Source of the DNA: a virus
Lineage: Duplodnaviria > Caudoviricetes
Virus record (IMG/VR): IMGVR_UViG_3300020440_001565
Span: 1-64,000 of that record
DNA length: 64,000 nucleotides
Reading direction: 5' to 3' (one strand)
Of this stretch, positions 18,773 through 29,936 are shown piece by piece. The position numbers were made by a program, and so were the translations under genes. Numbering within the stretch: the first letter of the stretch is position 1; the number at the start of each line of letters is the position of its first letter. Under the pieces are notes generated by a model. It was given only the letters and a program-made list of their open reading frames with translations, was not told where the DNA came from and ran no database searches.

Positions 18773-21514
18773 TTATGCCATTTCAAATAAGTTTCCAAAT
18801 ACTGTTGTTTCTGTTTTGGTTTTGGATAAATCCCAACCCATTACACCAATCATATTTGATACTTTTTGATCAATAATTGTTTGTTCCATTGCTTCATGAT
18901 CAAACGGCAATTCTTTAAACCAACTTGGAATATTCAATTCATCAATTGGATAAGCTACTGATGTATATCCCATTGGATTATCTCTCAGTTTACATACAAT
19001 CACTTTCTGTCCATCATTAATAGGCAACGAATAGTGATCCTTATGTGCTGATCTTAATGTGTTCCAATTCATAGATGCTCTTACGTGTCCTGGCAAATTC
19101 ACCTTATTTGATTGTGCTTTACCATCTGACATTTCTAGAGTAAATTCTTTTTCAAACTGTCTTTTCACTTTTTTATTCATGTCATCAATCTTATTGTAAT
19201 ACATTGTCAAGTTGTTTACTCTTTTTGGAGTACCCTTTTCCCAACCTGGCTTTTCAGTAAACTCTTCTTTGAAAGATGTAATTGCTTGTAGAATATCTTC
19301 TTTTGTTCCGCCGATCAATACCATTCTTAATAGTGTTGACAAAAACTTCTGCATAAATTCTGGAGTATCAGATCTTTTAATGTCAATACCCATAATTTTA
19401 ACTTTGCCTTCATTTTCAACATCTTTGCGAACACCTTCTTCATCATACACAAGAATAGCATATCTTTTCTTTGTAATGAATAGTCCACTTGACCCAACTA
19501 CTTCTCTACCACCAACAATTATTTCACCTTTTTGCTGTGATGTTTGAAATGCTTTTTTCATGAAAGATGGAAAAGACTTGTTTACTTCTTCTGCTATAGT
19601 GTCATACAAATCAACTACAGACTCTTTGTTCCATTCTATTTCACTATTTTCAACTTGTTCTTTCACCATTGGCCATGCTGAGAAATAAACAGAGTCAGTA
19701 TCACCATATATAATACCCTTGCCTCTATAGTCATATTCACCTGCGACAACTTCGTTTGTTTTAGACGCCATATGTTTTGTAATTGCTCGACCTGTTAGTG
19801 TTACTGACTGCCCAATTCTCATATCAAAGAATCTACAACCAGGATTTAATATCGCACCATACAAACTGTTCAAGTTAATCTTTTTCACAAGCTGTCTTTT
19901 ATCCCAGAAAGCTCTTTCTTCTGGATCTGTTTGTTCACGCATTGTAGCCTGCATAACTTTTCTTTGTGCATACCAACTTTCAAGTAATCCTGGAACAATA
20001 CCTTCGATGTCTGTTCTGAACAAAGTACCGTTGGCACTTAAACACCAGTTCTTTCCTGAATTAAAGATCACTTCATATAGTTCTGCACCGGACATAACTT
20101 CTGTTTGTCCATTTTCAAAATCAACTGTAATTTCTGTTCCTTTGTCTTTTGCCATTACTGCCGTATATTCTAAACTACCAAAAATACCTTCCCAAGCATC
20201 TGCGGGCGATTTCTTTTCATTGTTTATTTTGTTGCTAATATATCTTGTAGTGTGATCTTGTCTTAACTGTCCAATAATAGTTTCTGGTCCCATATTCAAA
20301 GATCTAATAACTGATGGATATAGAGAATTAATATCTATAGATCCTATCCATTCATGTTTACCTTTTTTAGGATATGCCACATAGGCTCCTACTGCCGCTG
20401 GGTGATTATGGCCATTACCGTTCTTGCCGTTGCGTTTTCTGTCTGGAACCACTACGCCACGTTTATGTGCTTCATTAATAATTGCCTGCTCAGTAACAGC
20501 CACCGCTCCCATTGTAGTTTGGAGAAGCACCGTGTTGGCATGAGCCAATTCGTTAGCAAGATCTACAAACCTCAATTTCTTATCTAGTCTTTTTAGAATC
20601 TCTACGTCCTGTCTATTGTATGCAATAAACTTTTCAAAGTCATCATTATAAAGTTGCTCAATTGTTCCTTCATATGGAATCTTCTTTTCACCTACTTCAT
20701 ACTCACCAATAGCATCAAGTCTATATGAATGCATTTCATGATACGTATATTTTCTATAAAGCTCTAAGTAGTCTAAATGTACTCGACCAAATAGGTCATA
20801 TGTTTCTTGTGTGTTACCATATTTGATATATTCTCTTTTACGTGGATATAAGTTCCACAAACAATATCTATTTGTTGACTCTTTACCTAATACCATAGCT
20901 GTTCTGTTTACCATGTACGGAATATCAAAACCTTCTGAGTTCCAACCACTCAATACATCTGCATCTTTAATAAGATCTAAAAATGTACTAATAAGTTGTG
21001 CTTCAGAATCACATAACATTGTATCTTCAAATCTTTCTACAATACTTTGTGCTTCTTCTTTAGACATAGCTTTAGGTTTAATTACTAATGTTACTAGACT
21101 ATCAAGCCAATCTAAATATACTGTAATACCTGTAACAGGTTGGTGTGGATCATCTGGTTTTGCGAAACCTAGCTTTGGATCAAAGTCAACCTCAATATCA
21201 AATAATGCTAAATGCAATTTAGGAGCATTTACATCTAGATAGTTTTTTTCTAAACTTCTAAAGATAGGGTTGATATCTGATTCATGCAATTTCTGATTAC
21301 TGTGAATCTTTAGTTCTCGTTGGAACTCTTTTCTTCTTTTAGTTGCAAATCTGCTCAACCTGTGCCCAAGCATAGACTTATATTGACCATGTGGATCGTT
21401 GTAGTAAAAGAGATACTCAACAGGATAGTTTACGTAATTCCTTTTACCATTTACTCGTTCAACAATATTAACCTGATCTTTTTCTCTATCTAAATATGCG
21501 TCAACATAACTCAT
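18773..21514 (-). CDS. family B DNA polymerase with 3'-5' exonuclease
   Basis: DIEVD, WNSEGFD, YNRQD exonuclease motifs; DINSLYPS, KINLNSLYG, YGDTDS polymerase motifs. Confidence 0.95.
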   Translation of the reverse strand: MSYVDAYLDREKDQVNIVERVNGKRNYVNYPVEYLFYYNDPHGQYKSMLGHRLSRFATKRRKEFQRELKIHSNQKLHESDINPIFRSLEKNYLDVNAPKLHLALFDIEVDFDPKLGFAKPDDPHQPVTGITVYLDWLDSLVTLVIKPKAMSKEEAQSIVERFEDTMLCDSEAQLISTFLDLIKDADVLSGWNSEGFDIPYMVNRTAMVLGKESTNRYCLWNLYPRKREYIKYGNTQETYDLFGRVHLDYLELYRKYTYHEMHSYRLDAIGEYEVGEKKIPYEGTIEQLYNDDFEKFIAYNRQDVEILKRLDKKLRFVDLANELAHANTVLLQTTMGAVAVTEQAIINEAHKRGVVVPDRKRNGKNGNGHNHPAAVGAYVAYPKKGKHEWIGSIDINSLYPSVIRSLNMGPETIIGQLRQDHTTRYISNKINNEKKSPADAWEGIFGSLEYTAVMAKDKGTEITVDFENGQTEVMSGAELYEVIFNSGKNWCLSANGTLFRTDIEGIVPGLLESWYAQRKVMQATMREQTDPEERAFWDKRQLVKKINLNSLYGAILNPGCRFFDMRIGQSVTLTGRAITKHMASKTNEVVAGEYDYRGKGIIYGDTDSVYFSAWPMVKEQVENSEIEWNKESVVDLYDTIAEEVNKSFPSFMKKAFQTSQQKGEIIVGGREVVGSSGLFITKKRYAILVYDEEGVRKDVENEGKVKIMGIDIKRSDTPEFMQKFLSTLLRMVLIGGTKEDILQAITSFKEEFTEKPGWEKGTPKRVNNLTMYYNKIDDMNKKVKRQFEKEFTLEMSDGKAQSNKVNLPGHVRASMNWNTLRSAHKDHYSLPINDGQKVIVCKLRDNPMGYTSVAYPIDELNIPSWFKELPFDHEAMEQTIIDQKVSNMIGVMGWDLSKTKTETTVFGNLFEMA

Positions 21515-22320
21515 TTTTTAAACACCTGCCCAAATTTATTTGCTTGTAATAAATCAAAATTAACATCGCTTGGTTTTATTATTCCATTACCCGATAATTC
21601 ATTTACGCAATACATTAACACTATAGCACAAATAGATGATGCTGTCGATCTTTCTTGTGCATTAAAATTGTTATCGCCTTTAATTTTTTTAAAATAATAT
21701 TGATTAACCAACTTATTATTTTTCATACCATTCACATTTACTAATATTATAAAACTGTCTTGTCCAAAATTAATTGTTTCATTTTGTTGTCCAGGATATC
21801 TAATATGCTTGTAATCAAATATATCTTTGGAATTTAATATATCATCGCTAGTTGTATAAGATTCATACATAACTCCATTAATGAAAACTAAATTATTTTG
21901 ATAGTCAGATTCTGAAATTAAATAATCTGGCAAATGTCCAGTTCTAATTTTAACACTATCAACTGAATCAAATCCTTTTATCATATCTTCTGCAATAATA
22001 TCTGTTATTCCAGGTGATACTCCGCAACAAGGCATAATGAAAGAATTTTTAGCATGGCTTTTGTCAATCACACTTTTATCATTACCTAAATCAAAATATG
22101 TTCTTCCTACATCGTCACATAACTCAGCTAATACGTGATTTGTTTTTCTTTCAGCAGAAATTAATAGGTCTTTGTCTGCAACAAAATAATTCAAAGAACG
22201 TTTACTATCATGCTCGACACTTGAACTATCAGCATAATGAACATCAAAGTTAGAAGATCTTAGATAACTTCCTACAGCTCTACTAATATTGTTCTTACCA
22301 ACTATGCCAACTGTTTTCAT
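21511..22320 (-). CDS. saccharopine dehydrogenase-like oxidoreductase (shortened)
   Basis: N-terminal Rossmann-like start, CGVSPG and VKIRTGHLP motifs. Confidence 0.6.
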   Translation of the reverse strand: MKTVGIVGKNNISRAVGSYLRSSNFDVHYADSSSVEHDSKRSLNYFVADKDLLISAERKTNHVLAELCDDVGRTYFDLGNDKSVIDKSHAKNSFIMPCCGVSPGITDIIAEDMIKGFDSVDSVKIRTGHLPDYLISESDYQNNLVFINGVMYESYTTSDDILNSKDIFDYKHIRYPGQQNETINFGQDSFIILVNVNGMKNNKLVNQYYFKKIKGDNNFNAQERSTASSICAIVLMYCVNELSGNGIIKPSDVNFDLLQANKFGQVFKK

Positions 22321-24098
22321 TAATATACTCTTGCTTTCGGTGGCACCGGTTCCATTTCATTTGTTAAAGGTTCAAGAACTACTGCTCTATATCCAATCCT
22401 ACTGTTGTGTCCACCTGCCCATGCCAAAGTATGTTTCATCCAGTTCTTATCATCTCGTTCTGGATAATCATCTCTTGTGTGAGCACCCCTAGATTCTGTC
22501 CTAACAAATGCTGATTTTAGAGTTACCTGTGCTTGTAATAAAAGGTTTTCAAGTTCCATTGCTTCGGTTAAGTCTAAATTAAATATCATTCCAGTATCTT
22601 TAACAACACCTTGTTTAAAATCTTGTAGTGGCTTTTCTATTTCATTCATGCCAACACTGATATTTTCACCAGTTCTAAATACTGCCGCTCTTCTTTGCAT
22701 GATCTCTTGCATTTCATTTCTAACTTCAGCTAGAACTACATCTGATCTTTTTGTATGAATATCATCTATTCGTTGCAATGCTTTATCAACTGCTTCTTTA
22801 GTTGACTCTTGTACATTTCCATTTCTTTCTAATATATCTCCACATCTTTCAGATGCCGCTTTACCAAATACTACTAAATCAATTAGAGAATTAGATCCTA
22901 ATCTATTTGCTCCGTGTACAGACACACAGGCCGCTTCACCTATTGCCATTAGTCCACCAACTGTTTGTACTTTGTCGTTGTCATCTAACGTTACTACTTC
23001 TCCATTTATATTTGTAGGTATACCACCCATATTATAATGTACAGTAGGTACAATGTTAATAGGATCTTTTCTAACATCAACACCACCAAAGTGTTTTGCT
23101 TCTTCAACAATACCCGGTAATCTTTCCATTATTGTCTTTTCATCTAAGTGCATTAAATTTAAATGAACATAATCTTTTTTAGGTCCGCAACCTCTTCCTT
23201 CATTTATCTCTACAGTGATAGCTCTGGATACAACATCTCTTGATGCAAGATCTTTGGCATTGGGAGCATATCTTTCCATAAATCGTTCTCCCTCTGAATT
23301 AGTTAGGTAACCACCTTCACCACGAGCACCTTCTGTAATTAAACAACCGACACCATATATTCCTGATGGGTGAAACTGTACAAACTCCATATCTTGCATA
23401 GGTAGTCCTGCTCTTAGAACCATGCCTCCGCCATCGCCTGTGCAGGTATGAGCTGATGTGGCACTTTGATAAACTTTACCGTAACCACCTGTAGCCAATA
23501 CTGTCATGTTAGCATCAAACTGATGTATCTCACCTGTCTCTAAACAAATAGAAAGTGAACCTGTACACTTACCATTATCCATTAGTAGATCAGTTGTAAA
23601 GTATTCATCAAAAAATGTAACATTCTTTGATAAACATTGTCCATATAATGTATGTAATATTGCGTGTCCTGTTCTATCGGCCGCGGCACAGGTTCGTTGT
23701 ACTATGCCTTCTCCATAATTTGATGTCATACCACCAAATGGTCTTTGGTATATTTTACCTTCATCAGTTCTACTAAATGGAACTCCATAATGCTCTAATT
23801 CTAATACTGCATCTTTGGCATTCTGGCAAAGGAACTGAACTGCATCTTGATCAGATAACCAATCACCACCTTTAATAGTATCATAGGCGTGCCATCTCCA
23901 GTCATCTTCACCCATATTACCAAGTGCGGCTGATATACCACCTTGTGCGGCCACTGTGTGACTTCTAGTAGGATAAATTTTAGATACTACTGCTGTCTTT
24001 AAACCTTTCTCTACCATACCTAGAGCGGCACGAAGGCCTGAACCTCCGCCACCAATAATTACCACATCAAATTTATGTTTGTGCGTTACTTTTTTCAT
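22320..24098 (-). CDS. sdhA: succinate dehydrogenase flavoprotein subunit
   Basis: GGGGSG FAD loop, [10 protein letters not shown] covalent-FAD His, [35 protein letters not shown]. Confidence 0.95.
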   Translation of the reverse strand: MKKVTHKHKFDVVIIGGGGSGLRAALGMVEKGLKTAVVSKIYPTRSHTVAAQGGISAALGNMGEDDWRWHAYDTIKGGDWLSDQDAVQFLCQNAKDAVLELEHYGVPFSRTDEGKIYQRPFGGMTSNYGEGIVQRTCAAADRTGHAILHTLYGQCLSKNVTFFDEYFTTDLLMDNGKCTGSLSICLETGEIHQFDANMTVLATGGYGKVYQSATSAHTCTGDGGGMVLRAGLPMQDMEFVQFHPSGIYGVGCLITEGARGEGGYLTNSEGERFMERYAPNAKDLASRDVVSRAITVEINEGRGCGPKKDYVHLNLMHLDEKTIMERLPGIVEEAKHFGGVDVRKDPINIVPTVHYNMGGIPTNINGEVVTLDDNDKVQTVGGLMAIGEAACVSVHGANRLGSNSLIDLVVFGKAASERCGDILERNGNVQESTKEAVDKALQRIDDIHTKRSDVVLAEVRNEMQEIMQRRAAVFRTGENISVGMNEIEKPLQDFKQGVVKDTGMIFNLDLTEAMELENLLLQAQVTLKSAFVRTESRGAHTRDDYPERDDKNWMKHTLAWAGGHNSRIGYRAVVLEPLTNEMEPVPPKARVY

Positions 24099-24413
24099 TT
24101 ACTTCTTTTTTCTTTTTTTCTTTGGCTTCTGCCCATTTTCATCTAAGTTGTATGCTTTTGCAAGTTTAGTTGGCTCCATGCCATCAACTTTAACAACATC
24201 TTTTAAAACCATCCACTCTTGTTGTCCATCGTTAGTGCTTCGACAATTAAAAACGTACTTACCATTAATCTTCTCAATTTTATCAATTCCGAATGTACCA
24301 ACCTTCTGAAAATTTGCACCACCAAATTCCTGTGTCCAGTATAGACCATCAATTTCTGTGTCTACACCTATGATATTTTTTTCAATTAGTGATACTGCTA
24401 GTTTTTCATTCAT
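24099..24413 (-). CDS. hypothetical protein
   Basis: 104-aa ORF, basic C-terminus. Confidence 0.65.
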   Translation of the reverse strand: MNEKLAVSLIEKNIIGVDTEIDGLYWTQEFGGANFQKVGTFGIDKIEKINGKYVFNCRSTNDGQQEWMVLKDVVKVDGMEPTKLAKAYNLDENGQKPKKKRKKK

Positions 24414-25048
24414 TATTCTTCTCCTAAAAAGTTTAGTTCTGTTTTTTGTTTAAGGTGATGTTTTGTTGGCCAACATTTCTTTACAGTTGCTTGTGGCAAG
24501 GCCAACTTTGCCATAAACACATCTCTTTCATCATTCAAATAGATATTGCCCATTAAGTATGGACTCTGTCTTTTGTTTGTTGAATGAAATATTGCTCTTC
24601 TTATGCTATGATCCAAATGATACTCAGCTCTTGATCTTTCTTTAAAGTGTGACGATACCCAACCAACTGCTGATTCATCTGTAATATAAGGTACATCTAT
24701 CTTTGTTGTATACTTTTTAAAATATAATACAGATGTAATATCAACACTACTGTCATTAATCATTTTTTTATGTTCTTCATTGTATACTGTTTCAATCAGT
24801 AATATACAATTACGAAACTCTTTGACAAAGTTCTCATAATCTGAATCATATTTAAAAAAGATATTCCATTTAAGTCTTTTGTAATCTCTTTTAATAAACC
24901 AATTTGTATTGTTCAGTTTGTGCTTGTAGGCAAACTCTGATATCATATCACGACCTTCAATATGAGGTTGCTCTATTACCACTTTGTGATAATACCAGTT
25001 GTAATATTTTTTTCTTGCCGGTTTAAGTATCTCTTCCAACATAGTCAA
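24413..25048 (-). CDS. hypothetical protein
   Basis: 211-aa ORF. Confidence 0.65.
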   Translation of the reverse strand: MTMLEEILKPARKKYYNWYYHKVVIEQPHIEGRDMISEFAYKHKLNNTNWFIKRDYKRLKWNIFFKYDSDYENFVKEFRNCILLIETVYNEEHKKMINDSSVDITSVLYFKKYTTKIDVPYITDESAVGWVSSHFKERSRAEYHLDHSIRRAIFHSTNKRQSPYLMGNIYLNDERDVFMAKLALPQATVKKCWPTKHHLKQKTELNFLGEE

Positions 25049-27251
25049 TTTTTAATTTTCCTTCTTTAGTTGACACTTTTACCATACCACCATTTATTAG
25101 TTTTCCAAATAATATTTCTTTTGATATTGGTAATTTTAATTGTTGTTCATAAACTCTTTTTAATGGTCTTGCACCCATGCTAGGATCAAACCCTTCTTTC
25201 ATCAGCCATTGTTTTGCGGAATCATCAAGTTCTACTTTAACATTTTTTTCTGTCAACATTACATTTGTTTCATTATTGACTTTGTCGATAATTTTCAAGA
25301 TGTTGTCTTCAGATAGTTTGTTAAAACCTACCACCGCATCTAATCTATTTCTAAATTCTGGAGCAAAGAACTTTTTAACTTCTTCAGTACTTGCATCCAT
25401 ATTTGCCTCAGCACCAAATCCGATACTTTGTTTATCTGCCAAGGCCGCTCCTAAGTTTGAAGTCATAATTAAAATAACTTTGCCAAAGTTTACAGTTTTG
25501 CCTGTTGAAGATGATAATCTTCCGTCATCCATAACTTGTAATAATACTTGTAATACTTCAGGCGCCGCTTTTTCAACTTCATCTAATAGTAATACACAGT
25601 TTGGATTATCTTCAACATCATTAATAAGTTGTCCTGATCCAACTGATCCTTCTGCATAGCCTACATATCCTGGAGGAGCACCAATTAATTTTGATACTGA
25701 ATGTCTTTCTTGATATTCAGACATATCATATTTTAATAGTTTTATTCCTAGATTGTCTGCTAGTTGTTTACAGGCTTCAGTTTTACCAACACCAGTTGGC
25801 CCTACAAACAAGTATGATCCAATAGGTTTGTTTGCTTCTCTTAATCCTGCTTTAGCAACCATTATAGAGTTTGTAAGTTTTTCAATAGCATCGTCTTGCC
25901 CAAATACCTTCTTCTTCATTTTACCTTCAAGGTCAGCATAGTTTTCTGTTTGTTTGTTTACAATCATCTCTAGAGGCACTTTACTAATTTTAGATACTTG
26001 TAAATGTATGCCATCCATATCTACGTTTGGCTTGTCTGCCAAGTTTGATGTGGCGCCAGCGGCATCCATTACGTCAATTGCTTTGTCTGGTAAATGTTTA
26101 CCATGTAAATGCTTGTCAGCCATTTTTACAATTTCTTCTACTGTACCAATATCATATTTGACTTGGTGAAATTTTTCATATAAAGGTTGTATACCTTTTA
26201 AAATTTTAATTGTATCATCTATACCTGGTGGATCTAAATCATACTTCTGAAATCTTCTCATTAATGCTCTATCTTTTTCGATATTCTCTCTATATTCTGT
26301 AGGTGTTGTTGCACCAATACATAATAGTTTGCCTTTTGCTAGTAAAGGTTTTAATAAGTTTGCCATATCAATGTTTGATTGTCCGGCGGAACCTGCACCA
26401 ACAATCATATGTATTTCATCAATAAACAAGATAGCATTTTCTTTTTCAGCAAGTTCATCTAGTACTACTTTGGCTCTTTCTTCAAAATCACCTCTAAACT
26501 TTGTACCTGCTACCATACCTGCAAGATCCAAACTCCATACTGTTTTGTCTTTAAGTGTTTTTTGTACATTACCGTCAACAATCTTTTTTGCAAGTCCTTC
26601 TGCCATTTGTGTTTTACCAACTCCTGACTCACCGCAAATAATTACATTGTTCTTTTTTCTTCTTGCAAGTACGTGTGTAATCTCATCTAGTTCTACTTCT
26701 CTACCAATTAACTCATCAATGTTACCTGCTTTTGCTTCTTCATTTAAATCTGTACAAAAATCTGTAAAAGAAACTTCGCCGCCGGCTCCTTGCTGACTTT
26801 GTTGCATACCTTTTTTCTGATATGAATCTTTAGTTACTCTTTCAATTACTCTTTGTCTTGTAACTTTGTGTTTCTTTAAGAAATATTGTGCATAAGAATT
26901 CTTCTCACTTAATAAGCTAATAAAGATATCTACTATCTCTAGTTGTTTCCTACCTGAGAATATTACCTGTGTTACTGCTCTGTTAAACACTCTTTCTGTT
27001 GATTGTGTTTTTCTTGGATTAGAGCCTTTTTCAATAATAATATCTGCAAGTTCTGTATCGACGTATGTTACTAAATCGTTAGTTAGGTCTTGTGGATTGA
27101 CTGATAAGTTTCTTAACAGTTCTTCAATTTCTTTTTCTTGTACTACTGATAGTAGTAAATGCTCTAGTGTAACGTATTCGTGACTTCGTTCCGATGCATA
27201 AGACATCGCACGATCAAGCATCATTTCTATTCTATCTTGCTCTTCTGGCAT
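25023..27251 (-). CDS. clpA: ATP-dependent Clp protease ATPase subunit ClpA
   Basis: Clp N domain (HEYVTLEHLLL), two AAA modules (GESGVGKT, GPTGVGKT), no ClpB middle domain. Confidence 0.9.
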   Translation of the reverse strand: MPEEQDRIEMMLDRAMSYASERSHEYVTLEHLLLSVVQEKEIEELLRNLSVNPQDLTNDLVTYVDTELADIIIEKGSNPRKTQSTERVFNRAVTQVIFSGRKQLEIVDIFISLLSEKNSYAQYFLKKHKVTRQRVIERVTKDSYQKKGMQQSQQGAGGEVSFTDFCTDLNEEAKAGNIDELIGREVELDEITHVLARRKKNNVIICGESGVGKTQMAEGLAKKIVDGNVQKTLKDKTVWSLDLAGMVAGTKFRGDFEERAKVVLDELAEKENAILFIDEIHMIVGAGSAGQSNIDMANLLKPLLAKGKLLCIGATTPTEYRENIEKDRALMRRFQKYDLDPPGIDDTIKILKGIQPLYEKFHQVKYDIGTVEEIVKMADKHLHGKHLPDKAIDVMDAAGATSNLADKPNVDMDGIHLQVSKISKVPLEMIVNKQTENYADLEGKMKKKVFGQDDAIEKLTNSIMVAKAGLREANKPIGSYLFVGPTGVGKTEACKQLADNLGIKLLKYDMSEYQERHSVSKLIGAPPGYVGYAEGSVGSGQLINDVEDNPNCVLLLDEVEKAAPEVLQVLLQVMDDGRLSSSTGKTVNFGKVILIMTSNLGAALADKQSIGFGAEANMDASTEEVKKFFAPEFRNRLDAVVGFNKLSEDNILKIIDKVNNETNVMLTEKNVKVELDDSAKQWLMKEGFDPSMGARPLKRVYEQQLKLPISKEILFGKLINGGMVKVSTKEGKLKIDYVGRDT

Positions 27252-27723
27252 CTTTTTGCATCCTTTTCTTTGCCATATCTAGTACTAGCCTAGATACTCG
27301 TTTATCAAATGTTACACCCTCCAAATGGTCATATTCATGTTGGAATATTCTTGATATCCAACCTTGTAATTTATCTTCATGTAACTTTTCTTGTTCATCG
27401 TAGTATTTAACAAAAACAGTTTCAGGTCTTTTAACTTTCATAAACAAATTAGGAAAACTTAAACAACCTTCTAATAACAGTATATTATCACCAGTTGAAT
27501 CAACTATTTCTGGATTTACTACTGTAAATTTTTTATCATTATACTGCATTACAAACATTCGAATCTTTTTATTAACTTGTGGTGCCGCTAAACCAATACC
27601 TTTATTGTATGACATAGACTCATGCATTGCAACACTTAATTTTTCTATATCAACGTTTTTAAAGTCTACCATATCACACTTTGTATGAAGAATATCTGCA
27701 GGATCTTTTACTACATCTAGCAT
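27232..27723 (-). CDS. def: peptide deformylase
   Basis: GIGLAAPQ, EGCLS, QHEYDH. Confidence 0.95.
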   Translation of the reverse strand: MLDVVKDPADILHTKCDMVDFKNVDIEKLSVAMHESMSYNKGIGLAAPQVNKKIRMFVMQYNDKKFTVVNPEIVDSTGDNILLLEGCLSFPNLFMKVKRPETVFVKYYDEQEKLHEDKLQGWISRIFQHEYDHLEGVTFDKRVSRLVLDMAKKRMQKDARRAR

Positions 27724-28565
27724 AAATTTTTGACATCCTCCAACATTTTCTTTTGTACATCTGTTAATTTTTTTGGCATATCATAATCTATTGTAACAAT
27801 CATATCACCAAATGTTCCGTTCTTTTTAGGCATACCTTTGCCACGTAATCTTAGTTTAGTACCTGGTGCTGTCATTGATGGTATCTTCAACGTTGATTTT
27901 ACATCGTCTAGATGCTGAATTGTATAACTTGTTCCTATCATAACATCAAATACATTTACATCTACTGTTTTAAACAAATTAGATCCTTCTTTTTGAAACT
28001 CTGGGTGAGGTACAATGTTTAATGCAATTAGTAAGTCTCCAGGATTCATATTACTATATCTATTATCACCTAGTCCTCTATATCTAATTATTGTATCATA
28101 ATCAGCATTAACAGGTATCGAAACATTTAAACTTTTTGTTGATCCACTAGGCATTCTTACAACAATATCTTTGGACTTATTAAAATAGATATCTTCTAAC
28201 GTAACATTCATTGTGATCTTTATATCTTTATTTCGAATTCTATTACTAAAAGGGCTTGTTTCTCCTCCAAAGTGTTGCTGGAATATTTCATTTATTCCAT
28301 CCATGTTTAGTACTACTTCTTCAAACGAGCCGAAGTTTTGCCCAAACCCACCACGTTGATTACCAAACTGTCTTTCTAAATCATACTGCTGTCTTTTCTT
28401 TTTATCTTTGAGTACATCATAAGCTTCACTAATTTCTTTAAACTTTTCTTCGTTTCCATGTTGTTTATCTGGGTGATACTTTATCGCAAGTTTTTTATAC
28501 GCCTTTTTTAAATCGGCGTCTTCAACGTTCTCAGGTACTCCTAATATTTGATAAAAGTTCTTCAT
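27717..28565 (-). CDS. DnaJ/CbpA-type co-chaperone without zinc finger
   Basis: J domain with HPD, G/F-rich linker, C-terminal DnaJ domain. Confidence 0.9.
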   Translation of the reverse strand: MKNFYQILGVPENVEDADLKKAYKKLAIKYHPDKQHGNEEKFKEISEAYDVLKDKKKRQQYDLERQFGNQRGGFGQNFGSFEEVVLNMDGINEIFQQHFGGETSPFSNRIRNKDIKITMNVTLEDIYFNKSKDIVVRMPSGSTKSLNVSIPVNADYDTIIRYRGLGDNRYSNMNPGDLLIALNIVPHPEFQKEGSNLFKTVDVNVFDVMIGTSYTIQHLDDVKSTLKIPSMTAPGTKLRLRGKGMPKKNGTFGDMIVTIDYDMPKKLTDVQKKMLEDVKNLC

Positions 28566-28577
28566 GGTTCCTGTATT

Positions 28578-28605
28578 AGTATACAGGATTATTGACTTTT
28601 GTCAA
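28578..28605 (-). promoter_or_regulatory. sigma70-type promoter for the DnaJ-def-clpA run
   Basis: TTGACA-N16-TATACT with TG extension. Confidence 0.65.
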
Positions 28606-28984
28606 CAGTTTTTTTGGATTCTTCTGGTTCATAATATTCTTTGTACTTTTCCAGAAGAGTATTTGATTCTTTTAAATGTGCTCTAATTCTTGCAAAGTTT
28701 TTGGATAGTAATTGATAGTCTTTATCGGTTAACCCAAATAATACAGCATCATATCCTTGTTTTTCCAATTCTGCAAATACCTCAGCTGAGTTTTCTGAAT
28801 TAATTATTATCCATCTAATATCTTCCAATGTTAATGGAGCCGGTTTATCTAAATTCAGTTTGGCTCTTTCTTGTTCAATTGAAAAGATATCCAATTTTTT
28901 TACTGACGAGCAACCTGTTATTAATGTGAAAGATAATAATATAACTACACACCAAATCAATCTGTTAAATTTTACTGCTTTCAT
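28589..28984 (-). CDS. putative o-spanin lipoprotein
   Basis: Lipobox ITGC, follows the i-spanin-like gene. Confidence 0.65.
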   Translation of the reverse strand: MKAVKFNRLIWCVVILLSFTLITGCSSVKKLDIFSIEQERAKLNLDKPAPLTLEDIRWIIINSENSAEVFAELEKQGYDAVLFGLTDKDYQLLSKNFARIRAHLKESNTLLEKYKEYYEPEESKKTVDKSQ

Positions 28985-28985
28985 T

Positions 28986-29474
28986 TTAGTTTATTCCATA
29001 AGGGACATAATTCGGATTTGCTATTGATGGACATTCCGGATTAATTTGTGATTTCCTTGTTGCATTTTTTTCTTCATCTGTTAATGGAGATCCTGATGCT
29101 ATTTCCATACATCTATTAGCATTCTTGCCTGCGTTATTAAGAATTTTTTCAAATGCTTCTGGTTTCTTTTCTGCTATCTTGCCAATATCCCTATTTTTTT
29201 TAGTAAATCGTTTATCTAAATCTTCAAAGTCCTTTTGTAAGTTTTTTATAAGAAGATTCATTTCATTGTTTGCTTTTACAATTTCGACTATATCTTTTTT
29301 GTATTGTTCAATTACAACTTTTTGTGTTTCGATACTTTCTTCTAATACTACTTGATTAGCTTTAAGTTTTGCATTATCATTAACAATAGCATATACTTTA
29401 TAGGCCCCGCCCATAATACCTGCGACAAGGCCCATGACCATAATTCCTTTAAGTGCCGAAAAAATCCCAAACAT
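28986..29474 (-). CDS. putative i-spanin
   Basis: N-terminal transmembrane helix plus long coiled coil and two C-terminal Cys. Confidence 0.65.
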   Translation of the reverse strand: MFGIFSALKGIMVMGLVAGIMGGAYKVYAIVNDNAKLKANQVVLEESIETQKVVIEQYKKDIVEIVKANNEMNLLIKNLQKDFEDLDKRFTKKNRDIGKIAEKKPEAFEKILNNAGKNANRCMEIASGSPLTDEEKNATRKSQINPECPSIANPNYVPYGIN

Positions 29475-29647
29475 TATTTTTTGCTCTCAGGTTTCCAAAT
29501 AGTCCATGCTCCATAGGCAATGGCACCGTAAGCTACAATACTTGCAATCGGTTTGAAAATTAAAAAGGCAATACCTGCACCGATTAATATTGCTCCATCA
29601 AGTGTTGTTCTTTCTTTTATTCTTTTGTTTATCCAACTTTGAATCAT
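29474..29647 (-). CDS. 57-aa two-TM membrane protein, holin candidate
   Basis: MIQSWINKRIKERTTLDGAILIGAGIAFLIFKPIASIVAYGAIAYGAWTIWKPESKK; TAATG-coupled to the i-spanin-like gene. Confidence 0.5.
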   Translation of the reverse strand: MIQSWINKRIKERTTLDGAILIGAGIAFLIFKPIASIVAYGAIAYGAWTIWKPESKK

Positions 29648-29648
29648 A

Positions 29649-29936
29649 TTATTTCTCCAGTTTCTTTAATCTAGTTTCCATTTCTTCAAGTCTCTTTTTA
29701 AGAGTTGGAAACTTGGCCATACGTTTTTCTTCTTCGGTTAATATTTTTATATTATAACGTTCGGCCGCCCAGTTGTACCATCCATCTACCTTATTGTAGA
29801 ACCAGACACCAACTTTGGTTTTTTTAAACCAAGTAGCTGTAGCATTTCCAATAATACTTCCTGTAATTGCTTTAACTAGAAAAAACCACATACTACCACT
29901 TCCTTGCCATTGAATTCTTAATAGCAAATCTTCCAA
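29649..29936 (-). CDS. hypothetical protein
   Basis: ORF; true start probably the internal MWFFL. Confidence 0.55.
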   Translation of the reverse strand: MEDLLLRIQWQGSGSMWFFLVKAITGSIIGNATATWFKKTKVGVWFYNKVDGWYNWAAERYNIKILTEEEKRMAKFPTLKKRLEEMETRLKKLEK

